A DNA stretch of 64,000 bases from Macrostomum hystrix (Eukaryota; Animalia; Platyhelminthes), in NCBI GenBank assembly GCA_950097015.1, contig CATNEN010000031.1, positions 2,356,001 to 2,420,000 on the forward strand. Direction: 5' to 3'. Of this stretch, positions 13,301 to 25,340 are shown in pieces. Under the pieces are notes generated by a model. The model was given only the letters and a program-made list of their open reading frames with translations, did not search any database and was not told the DNA's origin. Both the position numbers and the translations under genes were made by a program. Within the stretch, counting starts at the first letter, position 1. Each line of letters opens with the position of its first letter.

Positions 13301-15255
13301 CCCTCTCCCACTGTCTCCCTCTCCCCACTGTCTCCCTCTCCCACTGTCTCCCTCTCCCACTGTCTCCCTCTCCCACTGTCTCCCTCTCCCCACTGTCTCC
13401 CTCTCCCACTGTCTCCCTCTCCCACTGTCTCCCTCTCCCACTGTCTCCCTCTCCCCACTGTCTCCCTCTCCCCACTGTCTCCCTCTCCCACTGTCTCCCT
13501 CTCCCACTGTCTCCCTCTCCCCACTGTCTCCATCTCCCACTGTCTCCCTCTCCCCACTGTCTCCCTCTCCCACTGTCTCCCTCTCCCACTGTCTCCCTCT
13601 CCCCACTGTCTCCCTCTCCCACTGTCTCCCTCTCCCACTGTCTCCCTCTCCCCACTGTCTCCCTCTCCCACTGTCTCCTTCTCCCCACTGTCTCCCTCTC
13701 CCACTGTCTCCCTCTCCCCACTGTCTCCGTCTCCCACTGTCTCCCTCTCCCACTGTCTCCCTCTCCCCACTGTCTCCCTCTCCCACTGTCTCCCTCTCCC
13801 ACTGTCTCCCTCTCCCACTGTCTCCCTCTCCCCACTGTCTCCGTCTCCCACTGTCTCCCTCTCCCCACTGTCTCCCTCTCCCACTGTCTCCCTCTCCCAC
13901 TGTCTCCCTCTCCCACTGTCTCCCTCTCCCACTGTCTCCCTCTCCCCACTGTCTCCGTCTCCCACTGTCTCCCTCTCCCACTGTCTCCCTCTCCCACTGT
14001 CTCCCTCTCCCACTGTCTCCCTCTCCCACTGTCTCCCTCTCCCCACTGTCTCCCTCTCCCACTGTCTCCCTCTCCCACTGTCTCCCTCTCCCACTGTCTC
14101 CCTCTCCCCACTGTCTCCCTCTCCCACTGTCTCCCCCTCCCACTGTCTCCCTCTCCCACTGTCTCCCTCTCCCCACTGTCTCCCTCTCCCACTGTCTCCC
14201 TCTCCCACTGTCTCCCTCTCCCACTGTCTCCCTCTCCCCACTGTCTCCATCTCCCACTGTCTCCCTCTCCCCACTGTCTCCCTCTCCCACTGTCTCCCTC
14301 TCCCACTGTCTCCCTCTCCCCACTGTCTCCCTCTCCCACTGTCTCCCTCTCCCACTGTCTCCCTCTCCCCACTGTCTCCCTCTCCCACTGTCTCCTTCTC
14401 CCCACTGTCTCCCTCTCCCACTGTCTCCTTCTCCCCACTGTCTCCGTCTCCCACTGTCTCCTTCTCCCCACTGTCTCCTTCTCCCCACTGTCTCCGTCTC
14501 CCACTGTCTCCTTCTCCCCACTGTCTCCCTCTCCCACTGTCTCCTTCTCCCCACTGTCTCCTTCTCCCCACTGTCTCCCTCTCCCACTGTCTCCCTCTCC
14601 CACTGTCTCCGTCTCCCCACTGTCTCCTTCTCCCCACTGTCTCCTTCTCCCCACTGTCTCCTTCTCCCCACTGTCTCCGTCTCCCACTGTCTCCTTCTCC
14701 CCACTGTCTCCGTCTCCCACTGTCTCCCTCTCCCACTGTCTCCTTCTCCCCACTGTCTCCCTCTCCCACTGTCTCCTTCTCCCCACTGTCTCCCTCTCCC
14801 ACTGTCTCCTTCTCCCCACTGTCTCCATCTCCCACTGTCTCCCTCTCCCACTGTCTCCTTCTCCCACTGTCTCCTTCTCCCCACTGTCTCCCTCTCCCAC
14901 TGTCTCCTTCTCCTCACTGTCTCCCTCTCCCCACTGTCTCCCTCTCCCACTGTCTCCCTCTCGCCACTGTCTCCGTCTCCCACTGTCTCCCTCTCCCCAC
15001 TGTCTCCCTCTCCCACTGTCTCCCTCTCCCACTGTCTCCGTCTCCCACTGTCTCCCTCTCCCCACTGTCTCCGTCTCCCACTGTCTCCCTCTCCCCACTG
15101 TCTCCCTCTCCCACTGTCTCCCTCTCCCCACTGTCTCCGTCTCCCACTGTCTCCCTCTCCCCACTGTCTCCCTCTCCCACTGTCTCCTTCTCCCCACTGT
15201 CTCCCTCTCCCACTGTCTCCTCCCCACTGTCTCCCTCTCCCACCGTTTCCTTCTC
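10335..15255. repeat. Minisatellite, 16/17-bp unit CCC(C)ACTGTCTCCCTCT, about 4.9 kb; minus strand matches the canonical G-quadruplex pattern
   Basis: Minus strand reads GGG-AGA-GGG-AGACAGT-GGG; source of the 1500-1700 aa ORFs on both strands. Confidence 0.97.
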
Positions 15256-15734
15256 CCACTGCCTTCGTCTCCCCTGTTCTTTCTCACAAGAGACAAGGGC
15301 ACACGGGCACACAGCTAACGAGGAACTAGAATTAAAAAACAATTCAATGAAGTCGTGGCGCTGCGCAAGAAAATTCATTTCATTTCTTTTTCCTTTCCGA
15401 AATGGCGGACTCCAGTCAGCAAGCGCTCGACACGGTCCAGAAAGGGTGCCTCCCGAGTGTCCGCGCCTCTTCCAAAACTGTAGCGAATTCTGCCCAGCAA
15501 AGATTTCATTGATACATCGGCCTCAGCGCCGGCTCCTCTGCTGCCTGCGTTAAAAGGTGCAATTTGGGAATTTTTTACTTTTTTTCAATTCTTTGACTCA
15601 CAATCTGCAGTTTTAATCAACAATTTTTTCAACCCAGACTGCGATGAAATTCTACGCTTGTAACCATGGAAATGTCTAGAGTTCAATACTGACTCTGGAA
15701 AGCTCCATTCTACCCTACAGTGACTCGCACTGTT

Positions 15735-16700
15735 CCCCAGAGTGACTCTCACTGTTCCCAAGAGTGACTCTCACTCTTCCCCAGAGTGACTCTCACTCTT
15801 CTCTAGAGTGACTCTCACTCTTCTCTAGAGTGACTCTCACTCTTTCCCAGAGTGAATCTCACTCTTCTCTAGAGTGCCTCTCATTTTTCCCCAGAGTGCC
15901 TCTTACCGTTCCCCAGAGTGACTCTCACTGTTCCCCAGAGTGACTCTCACTGTTCCCCAGAGTGACTCTCACTCTTCTCTAGAGTGACTCTCACTCTTTC
16001 CCAGAGTGACTCTCACTCTTCTCCCAGAGTAACTCTCACTCTTCTCTAGAGTGACTCTCACTCTTTCCCAGAGTGACTCTCACTCTTCTCCCAGAGTAAC
16101 TCTCACTCTTCTCTAGAGTGACTCTCACTCTTTCCCAGAGTGACTCTCACTCTTTCCCAGAGTGAATCTCACTCTTCTCTAGAGTGACTCTCACTCTTTC
16201 CCAGAGTGAATCTCACTCTTCTCTAGAGTGCCTCTCATTTTTCCCCAGAGTGCCTCTCATTTTTCGCCAGAGTGCCTCTTACCGTTCCCCAGAGTGACTC
16301 TCACTGTTCCCCAGAGTGACTCTCACTCTTCCCCCAGAGTAACTCTCACTCTTCTCTAGAGTGACTCTCACTCTTCTCTAGAGTGACTCTCACTCTTCTC
16401 TAGAGTGACTCTCACTCTTCTCTAGAGTGACTCTCACTCTTCTCTAGAGTGTTTCACACTCCTCCCCAGAGTAACTATTACTCTTCCTCAGAGTGCCTCT
16501 CACTCTTCCCCAGAGTGACACTCAATCTTCGCCAGAGTGACTCTCAATCTTCGCCAGAGTGACTCTAACTGTTCCATGTTCCATAGTGACTCACACTCCT
16601 CCCCAGAGTGACTCTCACTCTTCTCTAGAGTGCCTCTCATTTTTTCCCCAGAGTGCCTCTTACTGTTCCTCAGAGTGCCTCTCACTGTTCCCCAGAGTGA
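15735..16700. repeat. Minisatellite, 21-23-bp unit (CCAGAGTGACTCTCACTCTTC) with internal inverted repeat
   Basis: Direct periodicity; AGAGTGA and TCACTCT are reverse complements within the unit. Confidence 0.93.
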
Positions 16701-17299
16701 CTGTGGAAAGCCGGCCAACTCTCGACAGAATTCAATCAAAACAGGCCCTGCCATCCACCGCAGACCAGACGCTCCTTAGCTTGAAGAAGTTTCAGATTAC
16801 ATTCTGTAACGTCGTCGCAATTGCACACAGAAATAAACTGCAAAAGATAAAATTGAAAGAGAATCAGCGCTTCAAGCAAAGGGCCCGCTTTAAAAGAAAC
16901 ATAATTGCAATCTCTCAGGCCATGCTGAGTTTTTATGTCCTCCGTTTCGCTTTTATTCCCACACGACGCCGCGTCTTCATCTTTCGTCTCCACTTAAAAA
17001 TTGTCTTCCTTCTTTGCTTCGTTTCACCTTAAAGGCTTCATTGCTGCGCAGTGGAGAGGGGAATAAAATGCAGCCCAGTCAGCGACCGACAACTGCGCAA
17101 TTCAATGCTATGGAGATTTCCGTCTGCTTTTTATACAATTTCAAGATGTCTCAGCAAGTCTCCCAAGATGCAGAGATTTAAGAAAATGAAACCAATTCGG
17201 CATTGGCGTTGCGCATATCCCACTCCCCTCTCGTGGGGATCAGGTGGACCCTAGACAATTGGAGGCCTGGCAACTAATCTGAGATTAAGTCCAATGACT

Positions 17300-17875
17300 C
17301 ACAGCTGAGATTCCTCAAGTTTAATTAGCTCTCACCTGAGATTCCTCAAGTTCAATTAGCTCTCACCTGAGATTCCTCAAGTCCAATTAGCTCTCACCTG
17401 AGATTCCTTAAGACCAGTTAGCCAAGTCTAAAGTCCAATTACTCGCACCTGAGATTCCTCAAGTCCAATTAGCTCTCACCTGAGATTCCTCAAGTCCAAT
17501 TAGCTCTCACCTGAGATTCCTCAAGTCCAATTAGCTCTCACCTGAGATTCCTCAAGTCCAATTAGCTCTCACCTGAGATTCCTCAAGTCCAATTAGCTCT
17601 CACCTGAGATTCCTCAAGTCCAATTAGCTCTCACCTGAGATTCCTCAAGTCCAATTAGCTCTCACCTGAGATTCCTCAAGTTCAATTAGCTCTCACCTGA
17701 GATTCCTCAAGTCCAATTAGCTCTCACCTGAGATTCCTCAAGTCCAATTAGCTCTCACCTGAGATTCCTCAAGTCCAATTAGCTCTCACCTGAGATTCCT
17801 CAAGTCCAATTAGCTCTCACCTGAGATTCCTTAAGACCAGTTAGCATGTCTAAAGTCCAATTACTCTCACTTGAG
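17300..17875. repeat. Minisatellite, 31-bp unit (AAGTCCAATTAGCTCTCACCTGAGATTCCTC), about 18 copies
   Basis: Direct periodicity. Confidence 0.95.
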
Positions 17876-18356
17876 ATTTGAGTAGTTGACTACCAGAGAC
17901 TCCAAAAATCATCGAAGAAATAGCAAAAGCTAATTGAAGACACTGCAGTTACTTAATATTTCTAGACATTCATAGAATTTTATTAAGTCATGTACTCGTA
18001 GTTAATTAATCGACGGCATGGGTACAATTTAACGGGCAGTAAAGGCTTTTAAGCTACTAATTTGTATTGTGTGTAACGCTTTGAAAAATTAGGTACAATT
18101 AACTTGCTTACAAACCTGCTGCTAATAAAATAGGAACACAAGCTCAATTCTGACTACTATCAGTCTAGAGACAAGTAGTAGAAAAAAACTTTCATTAGAA
18201 CCGGGAGCTACTGGTATACTTGAACAAAAAATATAACAGACTGCACAAGTAGATATAAGCCAGTAAAATCTCACAATGGGCTGTCCAACCAACAGAAAGT
18301 ACACAGTGACTTTCACTTTCTAGAAGAAATCTCACGGTAGACCATATCTATCCAAA

Positions 18357-19235
18357 CTCCAAAGGAAATCTCATTGTAGAGCATATCTATTCAAAGGAAA
18401 TCTCATTGTAGAGCATATCTATCCAAAGGAAATCTCATTGTAGAGCATATCTATCCAAAGGAAATCTCATTGTAGAGCATATCTATCCAAAGGAAATCTC
18501 ATTGTGGACCATATATATCCAAAGGAAATCTCATTGTAGACCATATATATCCAAAGGAAATCTCATTGTGGACCATATATATCCAAAGGAAATCTCATTG
18601 TAGACCATATATATCCAAAGGAAATCTCATTGTAGACCATATCTATCCAAAGGAAATCTCATTGTAGACCATATCTATCCAAAGGAAATCTCATTGTAGA
18701 TCATATCTATCCAAAGGAAATCTCATTGTAGACCATATCTATTCAAAGGAAATCTCATTGTAGACCATATCTATTCAAAGGAAATCTCATTGTAGACCAT
18801 ATCTATCCAAAGGAAATCTCTTTGTAGACCATATCTATCCAAAGGAAATCTCATTGTAGACCATATCTATTCAAAGGAAATCTCATTGTAGACCATATCT
18901 ATTCAAAGGAAATCTCATTGTAGACCATATCTATTCAAAGGAAATCTCATTGTAGACCATATCTATTCAAAGGAAATCTCATTGTAGATCATATCTATTC
19001 AAAGGAAATCTCATTGTAGACCATATCTATTCAAAGGAAATCTCATTGTAGACCATATCTATTCAAAGGAAATCTCATTGTAGACCATATCTATTCAAAG
19101 GAAATCTCATTGTAGACCATATATATCCAAAGGAAATCTCATTGTAGACCATATCTATTCAAAGGAAATCTCATTGTAGACCATATCTATCCAAAGGAAA
19201 TCTCATTGTAGACCATATCTATCCAAATAAAATCT
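18357..19235. repeat. Minisatellite, 32-bp unit (TAGACCATATCTATCCAAAGGAAATCTCATTG), about 27 copies, just downstream of the RTN4IP1 stop
   Basis: Direct periodicity. Confidence 0.95.
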
Positions 19236-19351
19236 CATGGCAGAGAAACTATTCTAAAGAAATCTCACTGGAAACCAATACAATTTAAATAGGATAAAGT
19301 AGCATGATTCCATAGAGCAATACCCATGCCAAGTCTGAGGCTGCCAAATCG

Positions 19352-19856
19352 CTAGTCCCATTCGGCCGTATCTAGCACCACCCGGCCGAGTCCACGACTG
19401 CCCCGGCCGCCCTCGCCAGTTGCATAATTGAATGCTTGCCTGTACTGGCCAATAGGGAAACGCCGATCGATGCAGGGCCTGAGCCGGCCACTGGCCAATA
19501 GGCTGGCCAACAAATCCAGGTTGGTCGCTGATTGGCTAAAGAAGGTCCAGTGGATGCCGCTGCTGCGATCCGCGACAAAGGAGCGCAGCGCCGCCGGCAG
19601 GCCGCCAACGAGGCCGCCACGATCGAAGTGACGCAACAGAGGACTGTTGAGCACAGCTAAACGCCCGCTGGATGACAGGGTGGGCAGGAGGCGGCGGCGG
19701 GTGTCGGTGTCGTTCGTCAGGTCGATGATGGCGTCGAAAGGAGCCATGCCGGACAGGCTATCTACGGCGGAGTCGACGTTGGTCGGCGACCCGCCAGACG
19801 CAACGACGGCGTCCAGGCGGTGGCCTTCGACTGCAGCAGGCAGCGAGGCGACGTGT
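19352..19856 (-). CDS. RTN4IP1: RTN4IP1-like oxidoreductase, last coding exon
   Basis: Acceptor ctgttcag, phase 2. Translates to ...MAPFDAIIDL...LASGRLRPCIDRRFPIGQYRQAFNY...GLGRVVLD, the MDR/zeta-crystallin-like C-terminus. TAG at 19354-19352. Confidence 0.85.
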
Positions 19857-19949
19857 CTGAACAGGTTGTTTTAGATAGGCGAGCCGGCGAGTGAGCTAGA
19901 TATTCTACTAACAGTAGCATCGTAGGAAAAACCAACTCAGGCTCAAAGG

Positions 19950-21210
19950 AGCATCCCAAACCTGAGGGTCTGTGAGAGTGGCATCCAAACCTGAGGATCT
20001 GTGAGAGTGGCATCCCAAACCTGAGGATCTGTGAGAATGGCATCCCAAACCTGAGGGTCTGTGAGAGTGGCATCCCAAACCTGAGGATCTGTGAGAGTGG
20101 CATCCCAAACCTGAGGATCTGTGAGAGTGGCATCCCAAACCTGAGGATCTGTGAGAGTGGCATCCCAAACCTGAGGATCTGTGAGAGTGGCATCCCAAAC
20201 CTGAGGATCTGTGAGAGTGGCATCCCAAACCTGAGGATCTGTGAGAGTGGCATCCCAAACCTGAGGATCTGTGAGAGTGGCATCCCAAACCTGAGGATCT
20301 GTGAGAGTGGCATCCCAAGCCTGAGGATCTGTGAGAGTGGCATCCCAAGCCTTAGGATCTGTGAAAATGGCATCCCAAGACTGAGGATCTGTGAGAGTGG
20401 CATCCCAAACCTGAGGATCTGTGAGAGTGGCATCCCAAACCTGAGGATCTGTGAGAGTGGCATCCCAAACCTGAGGATCTGTGAGAGTGGCATCCCAAGC
20501 CTGAGGATCTGTGAGAGTGGCATCCCAAGCCTTAGGATCTGTGAAAATGGCATCCCAAGACTGAGGATCTGTGAGAGTGGCATCCCAAGCCTGAGGATCT
20601 GTGAGAGTGGCATCCCAAGCCTTAGGATCTGTGAAAATGGCATCCCAAGCCTGAGGATCTGTGAGAGTGGCATCCCAAACCTGAGGATCTGTGAGAGTGG
20701 CATCCCAAGCCTTAGGATCTGTGAAAATGGCATCCCAAGACTGAGGATCTGTGAGAGTGGCATCCCAAGCCTGAGGATCTGTGAGAGTGGCATCCCAAAC
20801 CTGAGGATCTGTGAGAGTGGCATCCCAAACCTGAGGATCTGTGAGAGTGGCATCCCAAGCCTGAGGATCTGTGAGAGTGGCATCCCAAGCCTTAGGATCT
20901 GTGAAAATGGCATCCCAAGACTGAGGATCTGTGAGAGTGGTATCCCAAGCCTGAGGATCTGTGAGAGTGGCATCCCAAGCCTTAGGATCTGTGAAAATGG
21001 CATCCCAAGCCTGAGGATCTGTGAGAGTGGCATCCCAAACCTGAGGATCTGTGAGAGTGGCATCCCAAACCTGAGGATCTGTGAGAGTGGCATCCCAAAC
21101 CTGAGGATCTGTGAGAGTGGCATCCCAAACCTGAGGATCTGTGAAAATGGCATCCCAAGCCTGAGGATCTGTGAGAGTGGCATCCCAAGCCTGAGGATCT
21201 GTGAGAATGG
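19950..21210. repeat. Minisatellite, 30-bp unit (GGCATCCCAAACCTGAGGATCTGTGAGAGT), about 42 copies, filling RTN4IP1 intron 2
   Basis: Direct periodicity; reverse complement of the array in intron 1. Confidence 0.97.
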
Positions 21211-21246
21211 CATCCCAAATCCGGACAGCAGCCAATGCAGGCTCAC

Positions 21247-21605
21247 CTAGAAGGACAGGTGACCACTAGCCGACAGTCGGGCACCAGCAGGCGAATTAGT
21301 TGCACCAGCAGCAGGCCGACACCGCCGCTGGCACCCAACACCAGGACCGAGGGCGCCTTGCCAGTTCGTCGAGAAGTTGAAGTCGGCAGTCCAGCTGCCT
21401 TCATTGCGGCAAGGGCGGTCAAGCCCGGATAGGCGATGCAGGCCGCGCTGGCCGGCTCTGCGCCATCGGGCAGCGGCCTGACACAGCCGGCGCTGGCCAG
21501 GACAAACTCGGCGTGACAGCCGGCCTCGAATGGCGCCCTGGCGCCCCAGACCAACCGGCCGGGCCTCTGAAGGTCAGGCGGAGCCGACGGACCTGCGGCA
21601 ACCAC
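21247..21605 (-). CDS. RTN4IP1: RTN4IP1-like oxidoreductase, middle coding exon
   Basis: Acceptor ccattcaag, donor AG|GTGAGC. Contains AACIAYPGLTALAAM and the Rossmann motif VLVLGASGGVG. Confidence 0.9.
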
Positions 21606-21654
21606 CTTGAATGGAAGGGGATTAAAATTTGTCAGGCCTGCGATAAAAATCTTA

Positions 21655-22045
21655 GTGATCCTCAGGTTTGAGATGCCATTCTCACAGATCTTTGAGATGC
21701 CATTCTCACAGATCTTTGAGATGCCATTCTCACAGATCTTTGAGATGCCATTCTCACAGATCCTCAGGTTTGAGATGTCATTCTCAGAGATCTAAGGCTT
21801 GGGATGCCACTCTCACAGATCCTCAGGCTTGGGATGCCACTCTCACAGATCCTCAGGTTTGGGATGCCACTCTCACAGATCCTCAGGCTTGGGATGCCAT
21901 TTTCACAGATCCTAAGGCTTGGGATGCCACTCTCACAGATCCTCAGGCTTGGGATGCCATTTTCACAGATCCTCAGGTTTGAGATGCCACTCTCACAGAT
22001 CCTAAGGCTTGGGATGCCATTCTCACAGATCCTCAGGTTTGAGAT
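21655..22045. repeat. Inverted copy of the 30-bp intron-2 minisatellite (plus about four 24-bp truncated units) filling RTN4IP1 intron 1
   Basis: Unit CTCAGGCTTGGGATGCCACTCTCACAGATC is the reverse complement of the 19950-21210 unit. Confidence 0.95.
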
Positions 22046-22115
22046 GAGGGTTTGAGGTTTGAGGTTTATGGATAATGTGGATAAAGTCATGTACATTAGC
22101 ACAACATAGCCAGAC

Positions 22116-22523
22116 CTCTCCACAGAAGTCTCGGCCAAGGATCAGTGGCAGTGTAGGTGAGGTATCAAGATTGGACAAATCGCAGGCAACGGCTTTGGCA
22201 ACAAATGGCAGCACCTGGGAGCCATAGCCAGATAACAGGGCGATGTCAATAGGCTGCACAGTACTGCATAGCACACGCACTAAAACATCGTTGGCCCGGT
22301 GCAGTACTGGCAGTTTGAGGCTGTCAGTGAGCTGCAGCTTATCTGGACCTCCATATTCATAAGCATGCACTGAGCGCATTGATGGGCATTTGCTAACTGT
22401 TGCTGTGGCTGCTGATGAACCAAGGCTTCGCACACTGGCCCAGCCAGCCTGGCTGACAGCAAGGCCACTATGTAATTTGGACAGCTGCAATTTGTAATTT
22501 AAAACATTGGAACATTGGGCCAT
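22116..22523 (-). CDS. RTN4IP1: RTN4IP1-like oxidoreductase, first coding exon (whole protein about 423 aa)
   Basis: ATG at 22523. Ser/Ala/basic N-terminus consistent with a mitochondrial presequence, then EYGGPDKLQ...DVLVRVLCSTVQPIDIALLSGYG...LPLILGRDFCGE (GroES-like domain). Donor GAG|GTCTGG, phase 0. Confidence 0.85.
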
Positions 22524-22894
22524 TTTAACTACTCCATTTGGTAACTTTAAAAATAACAATAATGCCCTAAAATAGCTTAGATAGATAAATAGATAAAGTG
22601 ATTAGACAAGTTTCATAAGTTAGCTAACATTAGTTATTTAGCTAGATAGTACTATGGAGCTGGTACATAGCTACTAGCCCAATGGCTTTAGCCTAGCTAC
22701 TCTTAAAATTTAAATTGTTCTTATTTTTACTGTTTATATAACTATAAATCTGCCAAAGTTCAATTTTTGAGATTACAATATACTAGGCATGCATATTTTA
22801 GGCCTCTTTTTAGTAAAATTTTATAGAGGTCTAGCTGTGTCCATTTACAAAGGCTTGTTTTTCAAGGCAGCAATCTGTCACTTCTGTAGCTCAC

Positions 22895-23020
22895 CTTAGA
22901 TTCAGATCCTCTGATGGACATCATGCACTTCTGGGTGAATATCCTGGATGTCATAGTCAGGATCATGCTTAGTGTGTCAGAAGCACCCAAAAAATATTAT
23001 TAATACACTGTGGACTGACT
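22895..23020 (-). other. Probable 5' UTR exon of the RTN4IP1-like gene
   Basis: Acceptor ttttatgtacag at 23022-23021, strong donor AAG|GTGAGC at 22894, matching downstream acceptor ctattttag at 22568-22567. Confidence 0.5.
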
Positions 23021-23674
23021 CTGTACATAAAAGCTAGCGGTGCTTATTTCTTGCAAATAAATCCGAGTGTTGAAATTTTTTATCGTGTAGTAAAACAAAT
23101 ACACTGTATTATATACTATTCCTAGGTAAAAATTAGTTATAGTAAACGAGCTTTCGTATGAATCTCTTATCGTAGGGGCTTATAAACCGCTCATAAACCC
23201 GTTATAAGCCGAAGTTGTTTTTTTGAACGACCAGACCAAGTTATAAGTAGCAAATCTGCTTGAAACAATTAGTGGCGAATAAGAGTCACATCAAGATCTA
23301 GTAGAAAAGTTGTTTTCCATTTGTGGCGAACAAGTTTTAAAAAAGTGGGTTTATAGCGAGTCGCTAGTGACACGTGAGTTTCTAGAACCGATTTTCGTGA
23401 AGAGGCTCGTTGTCGTACCTTTTCGAAACGTGTGTTTCCTAGAAACTTCTCTCATCACCACAATATGTGGAATGAACAACGTAGCATATCACTAAGGTCT
23501 TAATACTACCCCAAAGTGCTCCATGTCGTAACTCGTAATTCGAAATTAGCTCATAGGCATAGGCTTTAATCATAATAATTAAGCCTTACAACTTATTAAA
23601 GTTGTATTCGACTCCAAAATTGTACATTTACCTAGCCTAGTCTAGTCCTTTTTATTGCGAAATAATTTATATGT

Positions 23675-23689
23675 ATGGTGACTTGTTTG
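23675..23689 (+). CDS. Candidate first coding micro-exon (MVTCL) of the AF9/ENL-like gene
   Basis: ATG GTG ACT TGT TTG followed by GTAAGC, phase 0, matching the phase-0 acceptor at 26789. AF9/ENL YEATS domains start a few residues after the Met. Confidence 0.3.
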
Positions 23690-24699
23690 GTAAGCTGGCT
23701 ACAATCGACCTATTTAATAACAAAAACACCTTTCTTAAGTCTATAACGGCTTTTTTATATATAGATAAACTTCACACTGTCTACACTAGTGCAAAATGAA
23801 AGAAAAGGTAGGCCCCTAAATAATGTAATAGTAAATATATTCTCTTCACTGTGGCCTTGTCACTGTTAGCATTATCTGTTGTTTTTTACTTTGTGCTTTG
23901 TACTACGTCAAGCTAGAGCATATGCAGAGACAAACCTATTTTGCTTTTGGCTAGGGTATAAATTATATGTTCTACTATGTTAAAATTGCAGTTGGGTGTG
24001 AACCTAGCAATAATAAGGGCATAAATTTACTCTCATTTGCGAAATTATTTTCCTCTTTTAAAATGGTGCCAATGATGCTGAATTACAAATGGGAGTTGTC
24101 TATGGCCCATAGTAGCTACATAGAGTTGTTTGGGGCACAGAAATTTGGCTGAGTTTTATTGAGCCCTCACTATAGGCCTAGTTTGGATTTTAGAGACTTT
24201 AAGACTCTTCTGATTTGCAAATGGCTGGACAGCCCTCAAGACCATTGTGGATTGTGCCACTGAATGAAGTTCTGAAGGCACAGGCACTGACGGAACTAAA
24301 TATGAATTCAAGGGATCTGATGGAAGTGACGGCAAGTACTGACGAGACTATGTGGCATGGCACTAGTGATGCCCTCTTTGAATCACACATCCAAGAGTAT
24401 CTATGGCAACGCCTTCACCCGGGGCCTGCCAAGGCTTTTGGCAGCATTCTGTACTGGATTCGTCATTATTACCCAGTTTAGGAATCTGAGACAGTCAGGG
24501 CTGCATTGAACTAAACTGAGCAATGCTCAGTGCCGTTTAAAAATGTTTCCCACCAGTTGTGTTACCAGTTGACGTTATCTACTTCATCGTTCAACATTAT
24601 AAAAAAAGAAAATAATTTCACAAACAAAAGTAAATTTACGCCATAATAAGTACCATTGAGGGTATGTACTCAAGCGTGAAATTTCACCTTAAGGTGTTA

Positions 24700-25340
24700 G
24701 AAAGCCCTGTTAACTGAGGCGTGTCGAATCAGGCAAATTAGAACCAGATTCCATCATCGCGAAATTGGTGGCAGACACAGAATATAGCAATGTTGGCATT
24801 GGGGAAAAATGAATAGTGAAGTAATGCAGAATTGTCAACAGACTAGAAAAACAAAGTCCATCAAAATGCACAGGGAGAACTTGAGTCAGAGTTCCGAAGG
24901 CACTGGACTCAGAGGATGGGAAAATCAGCCAAGCTCAGCCACTTCTATTACACATTTAAGAAAGATTTCTCCCGAGAAAAGTACCTAACAATAATCTCTA
25001 ACCCAGTACAAAGGTGCACAATGTCCTGATTTCGTCTAGGAAACCACAAACTGGCCTGTGAGACATTGCGCACTGTAAGACCAAAAATCGCCTATGAAAA
25101 CAGAACATGTCCAAAATGTCGAGTCGAGGTAGAGAACAAAGTTCATATTCTCTTTAGATGTGATTAGTCCGTTTATGTTCCAATTAGAAATAAATTCATA
25201 GGGAAAGTGGCAGGTACTTTTCGAAATTTCAAAAGCCTAACAGCTGATGACAAATTTGTGTATTTAATGACACAGGAAAGCACAGAATTAACAGAAAGTT
25301 TTGTGTACTTCATAGGAAGCATACTTAAAGCAAGATAAAA
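24700..25340 (+). mobile_element. Degenerate 3' fragment of a non-LTR retrotransposon (LINE) ORF with C-terminal zinc-knuckle region
   Basis: From 24880: LESEFRRHWTQRMGKSAKLSHFYYTFKKDFSREKYLTIISNPVQRCTMS*FRLGNHKLACET...RTCPKCRVEVENKVHILFRCD*SVYVPIRNKF...DKFVYLM. This is the typical post-RT LINE pattern (CxxC...H...C), with two in-frame stops. Left boundary uncertain. Confidence 0.8.

Noticed and set aside
3518-15318. Very long ORFs (400-1700 aa) on both strands at 3.5-7.3 kb and 10.2-15.3 kb
   Set aside because: They are translations of stop-free minisatellite units, open in several frames and on both strands, mostly without real ATG starts.
15370-15536. Minus-strand open segment after a good acceptor (MKSLLGRIRYSFGRGADTREAPFLDRVERLLTGVRHFGKEKEMK)
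   Set aside because: No usable donor connects it in phase to 10248 and no homology is recognised; not supportable without transcript data.
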